Shown piece by piece: positions 44,825 to 56,400 of a DNA stretch of 64,000 nt. Positions within the stretch are counted from its first letter, which is position 1, and the number at the start of each line of letters is the position of its first letter. Both the position numbers and the translations under genes were made by a program. The DNA comes from Zancudomyces culisetae HAW-14-8 (taxonomy: Eukaryota > Fungi > Kickxellomycota). A model generated the notes under the pieces. It had not been told where the DNA came from and ran no database searches. It was given only the letters and a program-made list of their open reading frames with translations. The stretch spans positions 1,736,001 through 1,800,000 of the forward strand of contig JBNJNM010000012.1 in the NCBI GenBank assembly GCA_052426225.1, written 5' to 3'.

Positions 44825-44862
44825 ACAGTAAGGGACACCTATTGGGCAACTTAGCCAGTCCC
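44803..44862 (+). promoter_or_regulatory. -1 ribosomal frameshift signal of B: G_GAA_AAC plus H-type pseudoknot
   Basis: Heptamer at 44803-44809 in gag phase, 6-nt spacer, stem 1 GCCCAGTAG/CTATTGGGC, stem 2 GGGAC/GTCCC. Pol is in the -1 frame. Confidence 0.8.
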
Positions 44863-47800
44863 CACGCCACTGTAACCACTCCTGTTTCTGACACCCAATC
44901 TCCTGATAAACCAAACACCTTGACCATTCCTGTAACCATCTTGTCCAAGCACCTCCACATCAAAACCTATGCTATGGTTGACTCTGGTGCTTCGTCCTCG
45001 TTCATTGACGCCACCTTTGCTCTAAAAAACAATCTACCATCTATATCTAGAAAAATGACAATCACTCTCGCTGACGGATCTAAGCTTAGATCCAACTCTG
45101 CCTCCCAAGTAACCCTAAAAATCAATGATAACCATCTCGAAAGTATCTATCTGCAACAAATAGACCTTGGATCTTCACCAATCATCCTTGGTCTTTCATG
45201 GCTTCAACAACACAATCCTGATATCAACTGGACTGAGAACATAGTCCATCTGCCTTGTACCTTGACTTCTTGTGGGCCCAACCATGTCAACCTAGACATC
45301 TCTCTTGTGGGCTCAAACCAGTTTAAAGAACATCTGAAGGCACCAGACACTGTCTATGCTGGTGCAATTACCGTGAACAATCTTGAATCCCTTGTAGCTC
45401 CTGAATCTTGTGAAAATCTCTGTCTTGTCTCTGAATCTTCTCTTGAAAACCCTGTTACTCCTGTAATCCCTGAAAAGTATAAAATGTTTGAATCTGTCTT
45501 CTCTGAATCCCAATCTGCCAAACTGCCTGAACATCGTCCATATGATCATACCATTCCTTTGCTTCCTGACTCAAAGATACCATATGGCCCATTGTACAAC
45601 CTCTCCCAATTGGAACTAAAGACCCTGTACGACTACATTCAGGAAAACCTAGCCAATGGTTTTATCCAACGCTCTGAATCCCCGGCTGGGGCTCCCGTCC
45701 TATTTGTAAAAAAGAAAGATGGTAGTCTCCGGTTGTGCGTCGACTATAGAGCCCTGAATAAGATCACTGTCCCCAACCGTGCAGCCTTGCCACTCATCTC
45801 TGAAACCTTGGATCGGCTTGGCAAAGCCAAGATATTCACCAAGCTGGATATGAAATCCGCATACCACATGATCAGGATCTCGCCTGGTGAAGAATGGAAA
45901 ACCGCGTTTCGTACACGCTACGGCCACTTCGAGTATAAGGTCATGCCGTTTGGCCTTATGAATGCTCCAGCCACGTTCCAGTCCTTTGTTAACGATCTCT
46001 TCCGTGAATACATTGATCAATTCCTTGTTGTGTACATCGATGATCTGTTAATCTACTCAGATGATATCGATAAGCACTATGACCACGTCTGCCTTGTCTT
46101 GAAGAAGCTTCAGGAACACAATCTCACCCTCAAGCTAGAGAAATGTGAGTTTGATGTACAATCAGTACAGTTCCTCGGTTTTGTAATTGGCCCCAACGGA
46201 ATCTCTATGGATCCATCTAAAGTATCCAGCGTCACCGAATGGAAGACACCAACTTGTGTCCGTGACGTTCAGGCATTCCTTGGCCTTACAAACTTCTACC
46301 GCCGTTTTATTCTGAACTACTCCAAGATATCTCTGCCGCTCACCGCCTTGTTGAAAAAAGGTGTCCAATTCCAGTGGACACCCAAAGCTGAAGAAGCTTT
46401 CACCTTGCTAAAAGAAACCATGATCAGTAACCCAGTCTTAGCTCACTACAATCCTGACCAGTCTTGTATCATCGAAACCGATGCATCAGATTTTGCATTA
46501 GGTGCCATTTGCAGCCAGTATGACAACGAGGGACAACTCCACCCTGTTGCATACTACTCCCGGAAACTCCTGCCTGCTGAAGTGAATTATCAAATCTATG
46601 ATAAGGAACTGTTAGCAATTATCGACGCTTTTGCTCACTGGCGCCACTACCTTGAATTTTCTGTACACCCAACCGTTGTTATGACCGACCATAAAAACTT
46701 GGAATACTTCTCCACTACCAGAAATCTTAGTCGCCGCCAAGTCAGATGGTCAGAATACCTCAGTAACTTCAACTTTGTCATCAAGTACCGCCCTGGAAAA
46801 CAGAACACTGCCGCCGATGCTCTTTCTCGGAAAGACCAACCTTGGAAGGGGGGTGACTCCCGTACTGACCAAAACAAAATAACTTTGCTGCCTCCTGAAA
46901 TCTTCTTGAAGTCCATGACTAGTACACCTGTTGAACCTTTGTCATCCACGCTCATGAACAACATCAAGTCACTACAACCCAAAGACACGTACTTTGGACC
47001 CATTTACACTGACTTATCCAAGAAACCTGATTCCCATGAAAAGTACACTCTTGTTGACAATCTTCTGCACTATGATGGACTAATCTGTATCCCCTCGGAC
47101 GACAACATCAAAAGAACTATCCTGATTGAATGCCATGATTCCCCTGCTGCCGGCCACTTTGGAAATGCAAAGACATACGAACTTGTATCTCGCAACTTTT
47201 ACTGGCCAACCATGAGAAAATATATCAAAGACTACATCTCTGGTTGCGATACCTGTCAACGCAACAAATCCTCTCGCCATAAACCATATGGCTACCTCGC
47301 TCCACTTCCCGTTCCTGATTCACCTTGGTCATCTGTTTCTGTCGACTTCATCACTCAGCTACCTCCATCCAATAACTTTACTGCAATCTGTGTATTTGTG
47401 GATCGCCTTACCAAGATGGCGCATTTTGTTCCCACAACCAATGAAATTGATGCTGAAGGTACTGCAGATCTGTTTATCCAACATGTCTTCTGCAAACATG
47501 GGCTCCCTAAAGACATCGTATCTGATAGAGGTGTAACCTTCAATTCATCATTCATGCGTACTCTAATGAAATCACTGAATATTGAACAGAAAATGTCCAC
47601 CGCATTCCATCCTCAGACAGATGGACAAACTGAACGCGTAAACTCTGTATTGGAACAGTATCTCAGGTGCTACATTGATTACCAACAAACTGATTGGTCA
47701 AAGTGGTTACCAATTGCCGAATTCGCCTACAACAACACATCTCATGCTTCTACTAAGACCACACCTTTCTACGCCAACTATGGCTTCCATCCACGCTTCT

Positions 47801-48420
47801 CAGTCACAATTCCTCGTACTCAAGTTTTAAATCCTGCTTCCTCAGATAGATCCAAACTACTATCTGATATCCATCAAGAACTGAAGTTTAACATATCCCT
47901 TGCCGTTGAAGACCATGAGAAATACTACAACCGAAAAGTATCATCACAAGCTGACTTCAACATTGTTGATCTTGTCTATCTCTCAACTAAAAACATCAGG
48001 ACTCAAAGACCTAGCAAGAAGCTTGACTATCGGAAAGTTGGTCCATTCAAAGTATTGGAAAAGATTGGACAAAGATCATACAAACTCCAGCTACCACACA
48101 CAATGAAGATTCACCCAGTATTCCACGTCAATCTCCTTGAACCTTGTAAACCAGATCTGATCCCAGACAGACTATCAAAACCGCTTCCACCTGTGATCAT
48201 TGACGGTCAAGAAGAATATGAAGTTGAGAAAATCCTAGATAGTAAAATATTTGGTAGAACTGTCAAATACCTGGTACACTGGAAAGGATACCCAGACACT
48301 GAACGTACCTGGCAAACATATTCTGACTTAGCAAATGCAAAATATCTTGTCACTGAATTCCATCGTCACCATCCTGAAAAACCAAAGCCAACACAAATGC
48401 TTCACGGAGCTCAGCCTTAA
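44809..48420 (+). CDS. pol: Pol of B (PR-RT-RH-INT-chromodomain), reached by -1 frameshift
   Basis: VDSGA, YIDD, ETDASD, HHCC, DDE and YLVHWKGY motifs. The frame is open upstream of 44842 through the slippery site. Confidence 0.95.
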   Translation, partial: RHRPVDSKGHLLGNLASPHATVTTPVSDTQSPDKPNTLTIPVTILSKHLHIKTYAMVDSGASSSFIDATFALKNNLPSISRKMTITLADGSKLRSNSASQVTLKINDNHLESIYLQQIDLGSSPIILGLSWLQQHNPDINWTENIVHLPCTLTSCGPNHVNLDISLVGSNQFKEHLKAPDTVYAGAITVNNLESLVAPESCENLCLVSESSLENPVTPVIPEKYKMFESVFSESQSAKLPEHRPYDHTIPLLPDSKIPYGPLYNLSQLELKTLYDYIQENLANGFIQRSESPAGAPVLFVKKKDGSLRLCVDYRALNKITVPNRAALPLISETLDRLGKAKIFTKLDMKSAYHMIRISPGEEWKTAFRTRYGHFEYKVMPFGLMNAPATFQSFVNDLFREYIDQFLVVYIDDLLIYSDDIDKHYDHVCLVLKKLQEHNLTLKLEKCEFDVQSVQFLGFVIGPNGISMDPSKVSSVTEWKTPTCVRDVQAFLGLTNFYRRFILNYSKISLPLTALLKKGVQFQWTPKAEEAFTLLKETMISNPVLAHYNPDQSCIIETDASDFALGAICSQYDNEGQLHPVAYYSRKLLPAEVNYQIYDKELLAIIDAFAHWRHYLEFSVHPTVVMTDHKNLEYFSTTRNLSRRQVRWSEYLSNFNFVIKYRPGKQNTAADALSRKDQPWKGGDSRTDQNKITLLPPEIFLKSMTSTPVEPLSSTLMNNIKSLQPKDTYFGPIYTDLSKKPDSHEKYTLVDNLLHYDGLICIPSDDNIKRTILIECHDSPAAGHFGNAKTYELVSRNFYWPTMRKYIKDYISGCDTCQRNKSSRHKPYGYLAPLPVPDSPWSSVSVDFITQLPPSNNFTAICVFVDRLTKMAHFVPTTNEIDAEGTADLFIQHVFCKHGLPKDIVSDRGVTFNSSFMRTLMKSLNIEQKMSTAFHPQTDGQTERVNSVLEQYLRCYIDYQQTDWSKWLPIAEFAYNNTSHASTKTTPFYANYGFHPRFSVTIPRTQVLNPASSDRSKLLSDIHQELKFNISLAVEDHEKYYNRKVSSQADFNIVDLVYLSTKNIRTQRPSKKLDYRKVGPFKVLEKIGQRSYKLQLPHTMKIHPVFHVNLLEPCKPDLIPDRLSKPLPPVIIDGQEEYEVEKILDSKIFGRTVKYLVHWKGYPDTERTWQTYSDLANAKYLVTEFHRHHPEKPKPTQMLHGAQP

Positions 48421-49604
48421 GAGGGGAGGTCGTGTCATGAACTGATTCTAGAATGTTCGAAAACGTTCTAGAATCATTTGATTATATTCCGCAGTAATGT
48501 TTAGAATGTTCCCCAACATTCTAGAACATTACCGAAAATTCACATTATTTCTTAATTTTTCTTAAGTAATAATTTTCACATGTTTAATTTTATTAGCATT
48601 CGAGTATGATTTTTGTTTGATTACTAATCCAATTTGATTAGTAATCAAACACGTTTTTCTTTAGCTTGCATATTTAGCTATTCCGCAGTTTTCTAGTGAT
48701 TTTGTTCAAAAACCAAGGCTGGAAAAAAGTATAAAAAGGGTACAATTTTCCTGTCTTGGATTCAGTATCTAGTATCTTGTATACATTCATACAATAAACT
48801 TTAATAATAATAAATATAACTCTCCTGACTCCAGATCTTGACATCAAGGTCATGATTGGCCTCTAAAACTTGGACTTGTGGTGTCTGAACGTGAGATACG
48901 GGTACTTCAGTGTTGTGCTGTAATATATCGCTTGGGTCCATATTTTGCCAATGTATTGCTTCTGGCTGGGTATCATAAAATCTTCCAAGGTCATCATCGG
49001 ATTCGCTGTCAGAAGATGTATCACTTTCTGAATAATCATCCGAATCATCTTGGCTTCTATCTTCTGAGTCCATACTGTAATCTGATTCGGATACGCTCAT
49101 TCGGTTAACAATATTTTCTTCATCTAGTACTAATTTATCATCCATCAGCTGACTTAGTTTTTTGATATCATTTTTTGAAATTCTGCGGTTAGGATCAAGG
49201 TTCAGATTGTTAACAGCTACAATCTTAGATGTGGAGGACCTGGTCTTCAGGGTGAGCTTTTTCCAATTGATATCGGGGTTATGTTTTTGTAACCATGGAA
49301 GGCCTAATACAATTTCGGCATGAGTGGCGGGTATCACGTATAGGTCCGAGGTGAAGTGGTATTTATCCTTGGTACTGAGCTTGATGTTGCGGGCTACTGC
49401 ATTGATACCTGAATTTGTGAGTGGTTTCCCATCAATAGTTTCTACAGGAATCGGGGTTTTCAGATTTTCTATGGGCAAGGCTAATTGCTTTACGAGGTTT
49501 AGACTAATAAAATTTATAGAAGCACCAGAGTCAATTAGTGCATTAACTGTTATTAAGTTATTTATATTAACTTTATTAAAAATTTATTAGCTTGGAATCC
49601 CTGT

Positions 49605-49657
49605 AAGGTGAGCCCCAGTAATACCTTGCCGGTTATTCCTGGGGTTCGACGTTTAAA
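49605..49657 (-). promoter_or_regulatory. -1 frameshift signal of C: U_UUA_AAC plus stem/pseudoknot
   Basis: Heptamer at 49651-49657 in gag phase, 6-nt spacer, CCCCAG/CTGGGG stem, and loop AAGG complementary to downstream CCTT. Confidence 0.75.
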
Positions 49658-49912
49658 TTTGGCTCTGATGGTCTTGGGACACGTAACGGACAATTTCTCA
49701 ATATGTGGCCGGGTTGACCACAATAAATGCAAAGGCTATTGAGGATACGTCTCTGGCGCTCTTCGGCTGTTAACGGTCCTCTAGGCTTCGGGATTACGGC
49801 ATCAATATCCATTGGTTCTGGGGTCTGAGGGCGGTACTGTCTTGGCTGGCGCTGGAAGTTATGGTTCTGGTACGCGTGTTGCTGATACTGATATTGCTGG
49901 TAATTTGGGAAC

Positions 49913-50501
49913 TGTTAAGACTTGAATATTTTAAGATTAAATTATTTATTACTATTATATTATTTAGAAAATATGATATTCAATATTGAATAAGATATTT
50001 TTCTCTGAAGTTCTCTTTCGATGGATTTCGAAAGAGTTTTTATACTTTTTCTCCAGAGATTTTTCCATATAAAATTTTCTTAAGTAAAGTTGCTATCAAA
50101 CTATAAATTTGACTATTAAACTTATGAGTAACTGATGTGATTAACTACCGTGAGTTTAGTGTGTCAATGATTGCGTCATTCATGTTATTCTGACGATTCT
50201 TTGAATTATTAGTTTCGGAATTCTTTCTAGGTTTCTTATTTCCTAAAATGGTCTGTATATATTTTTATAACGGAATTTCATCGCGAAATTCATTTTTACT
50301 CGACTTGATTAGATTAATTTATAATTTGTACTTAGTTACATTTAATTACTTTGTACTTAGTTACATTTAATTAATTTGTACTTAGTTACATTTAATAAAT
50401 TTGTATATGGTTACGATATCATTTTGTAACTTTCTTGATTTGGTCATGGAGAATTATGAAAACATGAATTAATTTAATTTATTTTGAAACAATTCCTAAC
50501 A
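49913..50501 (-). repeat. LTR (solo or orphan) of another family, with internal ~27-bp tandem repeats
   Basis: TGTTA...TAACA ends, minus-strand TATAAAA near 50043, tttgtacttagttacatttaat x3 at ~50325-50400, and similarity to 51201-51760. No TSD. Confidence 0.7.
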
Positions 50502-50540
50502 AACAGAAGTCAGCCAAATAGCAATCCTGGCAGTCGTATG

Positions 50541-51200
50541 TGTCAGGATTTGACATATGAGTGATAATATTAAAATATTTATAATGAAAGTTTAGTTAAG
50601 ATACAAGTATATATTTTAATCCTAAAGAAATTAAAATAGAACCTCCAACTATTTATGATGTAAAACTCACTATAAAATTAATATATTAAAGCCTAGACTA
50701 TAACTATCTAGGCATGAAACTAAATAGAACAACTCGATATTAAATGTAATTTAATATGAAGTTGGGGTTGGTTGATTGAAAAAGAATATTAACCAATTTT
50801 GGTTTACCCAAAATGTGATAATTTATTTTTTTCCAAAATGTGGTTAATATTGATTTACCCAAAATAATTTCATTTTTGTTTTGCTCCTAAAACGCATATA
50901 ATTTTGGGTTTCCCCAAAATGTCATGATTGGATGATGACAGTTTGTTAATTAATAAGCATAATATTATAATTTCTTACTAATCCTACTATGCCTATGCTC
51001 TAGAGGTTATAAATAATTATATTAAATAGAATTTTGATGTTCACTTCTGATACTCAACAATTATAAATAGTCATCGATTTTCTACATTTATTTATCCTTA
51101 TCTGACAACAATTGTCACAATAAATACAGTAGTACTCGGTTATTCCAAAGTTCTAAAATAATTAACCTAAATAATTAATTAAATAAACACAGTCCTGACA
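50541..51200. repeat. Orphan LTR
   Basis: 8-bp terminal inverted repeats TGTCAGGA/TCCTGACA. No TSD. Confidence 0.6.
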
Positions 51201-51760
51201 AGAATGCTATATAAATACTTTTTGATGACTAATCAAACTTGCTTTGTATTAAAAGTAATTATTTACTGATGTTAAAATGTTTTACATGTAAATATTATTA
51301 CGTAAGAAAATTAAAATTCAATGAGAAATTTTTGAATTGTTCTAGAACTTTAGGAAACATAATAGTACATTGCTGTGATGATATCTGAATACTCCATTAA
51401 AAATAATAGCTATAAACTATAGATTTTGAATATTAAACATATGAAGAATCAAATGTGATTAACTGCCATGAGTTTGAGAGTCAATGATTGCGTCATTCTT
51501 GTATACTTTGACGATTTTTGTGATTAATTATATTCGTTAACCATTTATTAAAAATTATTTAATTATATAAATGAGAATAGTTTAAAGTATTTTTTATAAA
51601 ATTTTTTTTAGGCTTAGCAGGTATATTAATTAGATTTTTACTTGTTTCAGTTGTTAATTAAACATGGAAAATTATGTCTGAACTTTCTTGATTTATACAT
51701 AGTGATTACGTTAACGTGATAAAAATATATTAAATATTTATTTAAACATTAATACTAACT
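51201..51760 (-). repeat. Degenerate LTR related to 49913-50501
   Basis: Shares the block gtgattaact..c.tgagttt...gtcaatgattgcgtcattc.tgt and a similar right end. Confidence 0.55.
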
Positions 51761-53413
51761 GATGCTTACCAATGAGGTAAAATTATCTACTATAAAATAA
51801 CCTAATTTACACTAAATTAGTTTTAAATTTTTTTAATTTTTTTTTCTGAACAATTCATAATTTACTATATTTAATATGTTCTATACTATGTAGAAGTTAG
51901 CCTTTAATATATTAGAATTAGTTATTACAACCTAATAGTATGATTCATTTATTTATACTAGTTTGACAATAATATAATATAATTTGTATTTACTAAATAT
52001 CATTAACTTTAAATCAGTGATATCTATTTTAACAAACACAAATTATAAATTATATTGCTTTAAATGAGTTTATAATATTCAACTTTGTAAGTTTAAGCGT
52101 TATTGATTGATTATATTTAATTAAATATCAATATTCATAATCACTAAAAGTATGGTTAATTTTGTTAATTTGCTTTTATTATATCCTTATTAACTTTTTC
52201 TATCAACATTTTATAATAATTTTATTATTGGATTATTATATCATTATCTAGGTTATAAATGTAAAAGAATTAGTAATCTTTTTTGAATTACACATAGATT
52301 ATTCATTTTTTAATTGAATCAATAAATTTCGTACTGACCAATTAGTTTTAAATACGTCGAGCCTGCCCATTAGTTAATTGTATACTTTAACTCTAATATT
52401 ATTGGCGAATTTGTTTAATTAAAGTTTTTAGCAAATCGTTAAATTTCAATAAAAGTAAATCAGTACATTCCGAAATTATACCTCGATAATATTTAATGGT
52501 ATCACAAACATCACATATAATAAAACAATGTTCTGATTGGATAAATAATAAAGAAACTAGCCAATCAATTTAAATATGATAATTCTGAATTTTATTTAAC
52601 TTTGCATTACATAATGCATATGGAAATATAATTGTGTTTGTATATATTTCAAGAATTATTTAGTGCATTAAATATATATTGTAATTTGATGTAACACTAA
52701 TGTTAAAAATTACGACAGTATAAGCTATATGCTACTATTTGAACAAATCGAAGTATATTCGAAAGTATTGAACAAAATTTATATATCAACACCTATTATT
52801 ATACATACTTGTGGGAATTTTTATCGCAAATCTTGCATTATAATTATTAGCCAACTTAGTATTTCCAATTAAAGTACTCTAAGATTACCATTATTTTGTT
52901 TTTTCACTACTCAATGTTATCATATATGCGTCAATATAATATATTGGTACATAAATGTATCATAAACACCATATTTGTACATAAAGTTTCTACTGAGTTA
53001 CCTATGACTAGTATTATGTTACATTCTACACACCACTAGGTATATGTACTTCTCAATTGCATTTGTTTTGGAAATTACTGGTTTTTTGTTGTTTGTAATA
53101 GCTATTTCCCAATCAACCACCTGCACTAGTTTTTGATTGATTTAATTTTTTTTGTATTGGTTTAGATTGAAAAAGAATTTCGCGTTGCCAATTCTCGAAA
53201 TCAATTGGAGAAGTTTAATTTGAGTTTTGAAAAGATTTGTTTTTTCATTAGTTTCTATAAAAGCGCAATAGAAGCACAATAGACATTTGAATAAGCAAAA
53301 TAATTATATAAAGATTTATGCACAGTCAACAAAAAACAATTACTTGCGATTGAATGATAACGAGTGAGAACATACTTATTGATCTGTAGAGTAGGCAATT
53401 GTCACCAATATAA

Positions 53414-56400
53414 ATGAGCAAATCATTTGGAAATCGAAGAGGTGACAGGTTTGTAGGGAAAAGACTGAGTTCCAAATACGGGATTGAGTACCTTTCACTC
53501 ATTGGACATGGAGAGCGGAGAGTTGAAAGATGGATAAGCGAAGATAGAGCGAGTACAGACTCGGTAGAGGAGCTTGAAAAAAAGCTCAACTCTGAGAGAA
53601 ACAAGGAATCAGATCCGACAAGCGAGCCCTCGTCTAATTTCGAAAGATTCAGCGACTATACTCTAAACACTAGAGGATATATGAGAGTAGACAGTGTGGA
53701 TACTAGCAACTATGGAATACTGATGATGACTGAACAGGGAAGAGACTATTTGCGAGGGAAAAGTGCCTTTACTAATGAGAACTATTTCAGCAAAGAGGTA
53801 GAAAATATTAGACGAGAAAACGAAAGAATAGCTCCGTTACGACCTACTGATGAATGGAACCCGATAAAAGTTAGAGAGAAAATAGTTGATAAAAGTGGTG
53901 AAACGTTTTACAAGGTATTGGGGACTAATGGCGTTGAGCGATGGCTTAATTTCGATGAAATGGATGTTGCATTGCATATAATTGAGGAATACGACAATAA
54001 ACTGGGAACTGCAAAAATTAAATACAGTTGGGATGGTGTTATTCCTTCCCGGGCCGTGGCTGCGTCAGTTGAAGGTAATTTAAATGTAGTTTTTTTTATA
54101 TATATCTAGTACCACTAGGACTTTAATCGTAAATGTTGGCTAATGAATTTTGCTATTATAGGTGAGCATAAGAAGTATAGAGAACTTAGTAAGAAACAAC
54201 CAGTAGCCATAAAATCGAATATTAGTGCTAACGACGAATCTGGAGCTAATCCAGTCACTTCTGGGAATAAAAGTGAAGTTGATAACAGAATGGAAAAAAG
54301 TGGAGATCAAGGCAATGCTAATACAACCGGGGGGACTGGCCACAAAACTACAACCAACCAACACTTCAAAGAATTACGACCTAACTCCGCTGCACACACA
54401 GTTGGACATGGGAATATTTCTAAGGGTTCGCACAACACTGAGTATTTAGACAACGAACTAAAGAAGCTCGGAATATACTCTGGGGGAGCTAATGAAAATC
54501 AAAAGGTTACAAATCCAACAAGCATGGAGGCAGGATGGTATACGGCACATGGTGGCAAAGGAGAAGGTAAAGTTGGGCAACCTGAAAAAGGGATGGGAAT
54601 AGGTAATGGGGATGCTACCAGTAACAATAGGGAGCGACAATTTGAAAACATGAGGACCGATGACGCTCAAGAACCTATGTGGGAAAACAGCAAAGTAACA
54701 CCATATCAGGCTAATCTTGACCGAAGTGTAGCTAAGCCGTTATCAAGAAGGGAAATCAACAAAAAGTCGATTAATAATATGTACGCGAATGCAATGCCAG
54801 TGAAAAGGAAGCATGTCAACACCAACTTATCTGAGCAAACGGTGATATCATTCGGCACCAGTACCTTGATCCCTCAAAAGAAATCGTTGCCAGTTGCGGG
54901 TATAAAAGAGAAATCGAGTACTCAAGCAGATATAGTTATTTTGAGTGATGGCGATAGTGATGGTACTGCTGTTAAAGCCAACGACGATAAGAAGAGTTCG
55001 AAGGTTGTGGAATCCGATTTTGGGAATATTTTCAGTAAAAATTCAATATTAAAGGGCAAAATGAACAAGATACTGCAGAAACACAATGTGGCCGAGGTAA
55101 AAAGAATGCGGAGTAATGAGCAAAAGAATGCACATATTGCGCCAAAGAAATCACACACAGCACCAAAGAGCTCGCCAGTATTGACAAAGAGTTCGCCTGC
55201 AGTACCAAATCGCTCCGCGACATTTGGAACCAGCAATTTAAGCCACATAACGACTATAAAGACAGTAAAGCCATCTGGTTTGGCTGTAGAGGCAGAGAAA
55301 AGCATTGAGAGTTTACCATCTTCACAGAGTTCTGGTACAATTAAAATTCGAAAGTTTAACACGTCTAGGAAAGAACCACAACCAGTTGTCTTTTTGGGAT
55401 CCTCCAAGTCAGCAAAAAAGCTAAAGTTATCATATTATAGTGACAAAATGGACTTGGATTACAGCTCGGACAATGGATCCAAAGCTAAGTCTAGAGAGGT
55501 TATATTGAGTTTGGAAAAAAAGACTAGCGAAGGATTGGGCGATGAGAGTAGCGAAGAAGAAGAGGAGGAAGAAGTTGAGTTTGAGGAGATTCTTGCAGGA
55601 AATACAATCGGTAAAAAACTTGGATCGGATAGGGATAGAATTAGAGCCAGGTTGGAAGAAATCGAGAGCAGATCGCGCATCATAATGAAAGACGATGAAT
55701 CTGAAGTTAAAACCCGAAGCAAACATGAAACCAAAGATGAAAGTAGAAAGCGAAAAAGGGTTGTAGCTCTGTCAGACTCTGAAGACGAGTTATCTGTAAA
55801 TATTGATAAGTTTAAGCAACTAAATGAGACTGAAGCCATGATTGAGGATTCTGAAGATTCCAATGAGTTTGTACCAGAGATTTCTGATGAAAAGAATGAA
55901 TCCGATGTGCAACAAAAAAAGAGAGGTCAAAGGGAAGTAGACGAGATTTCTAGCAGCGATGTTGAATCGGTAATTATAGATGAAGAAGAGAACTTAGAGG
56001 ATGAGTATCTCGAACCTGCAGCTGATGACACGCGCGAAGTGAGTGTGGGTAATCAGGCTTTGAAATGTGTGTTTTGTAGCGAAAGCGGGCTTTTGTATAG
56101 ACCAAAGTCTTTGTGGAAGGGCGATAATATACGTTGTTGTATTGAGTGTAAGCTGGTTTCCCACAGCGGCTGTTTGGAGAAATTTATAAACTCATATGTT
56201 ATATCCAAATATGAAAAAGGACCAGCGTTAAGTAAAAAGGAGAAAGAAAAGTATTTATACGAAATTAAGGGATATGGGGATTGGAAGTGTATATTCTGTA
56301 AAGTTTACGATAACATGTTTCGAAAACTTTTGGCATATAGGAAACTACAAAGCTCAAAAGAAACATTTGAACCACAAAATAATGAGGACAAGAGTGAGGG

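Larger units (their letters stand above)
43133..48843 (+). mobile_element. Element B: intact full-length Ty3/Gypsy chromovirus (Tf1/sushi-like), 5711 bp
   Basis: 411-bp LTRs at 43133-43543 and 48433-48843 with 2 differences, TSD TCAAG, PPT at 48418-48432, and uninterrupted gag and pol. Confidence 0.97.
38893..49912 (-). mobile_element. Element C: decayed chromovirus related to D (140-bp LTR), interrupted by a solo LTR and by element B, with gag truncated at 49912
   Basis: LTR at 38893-39032, PPT at 39033-39044, pol fragments 39765-43132 and 48849-49590, and gag knuckle [14 protein letters not shown] at ~49690-49731. Confidence 0.9.

Noticed and set aside
48801-49478. Stand-alone 225-aa gene
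   Set aside because: It is the protease/linker part of C pol, cut by the B insertion and reading into B's LTR.
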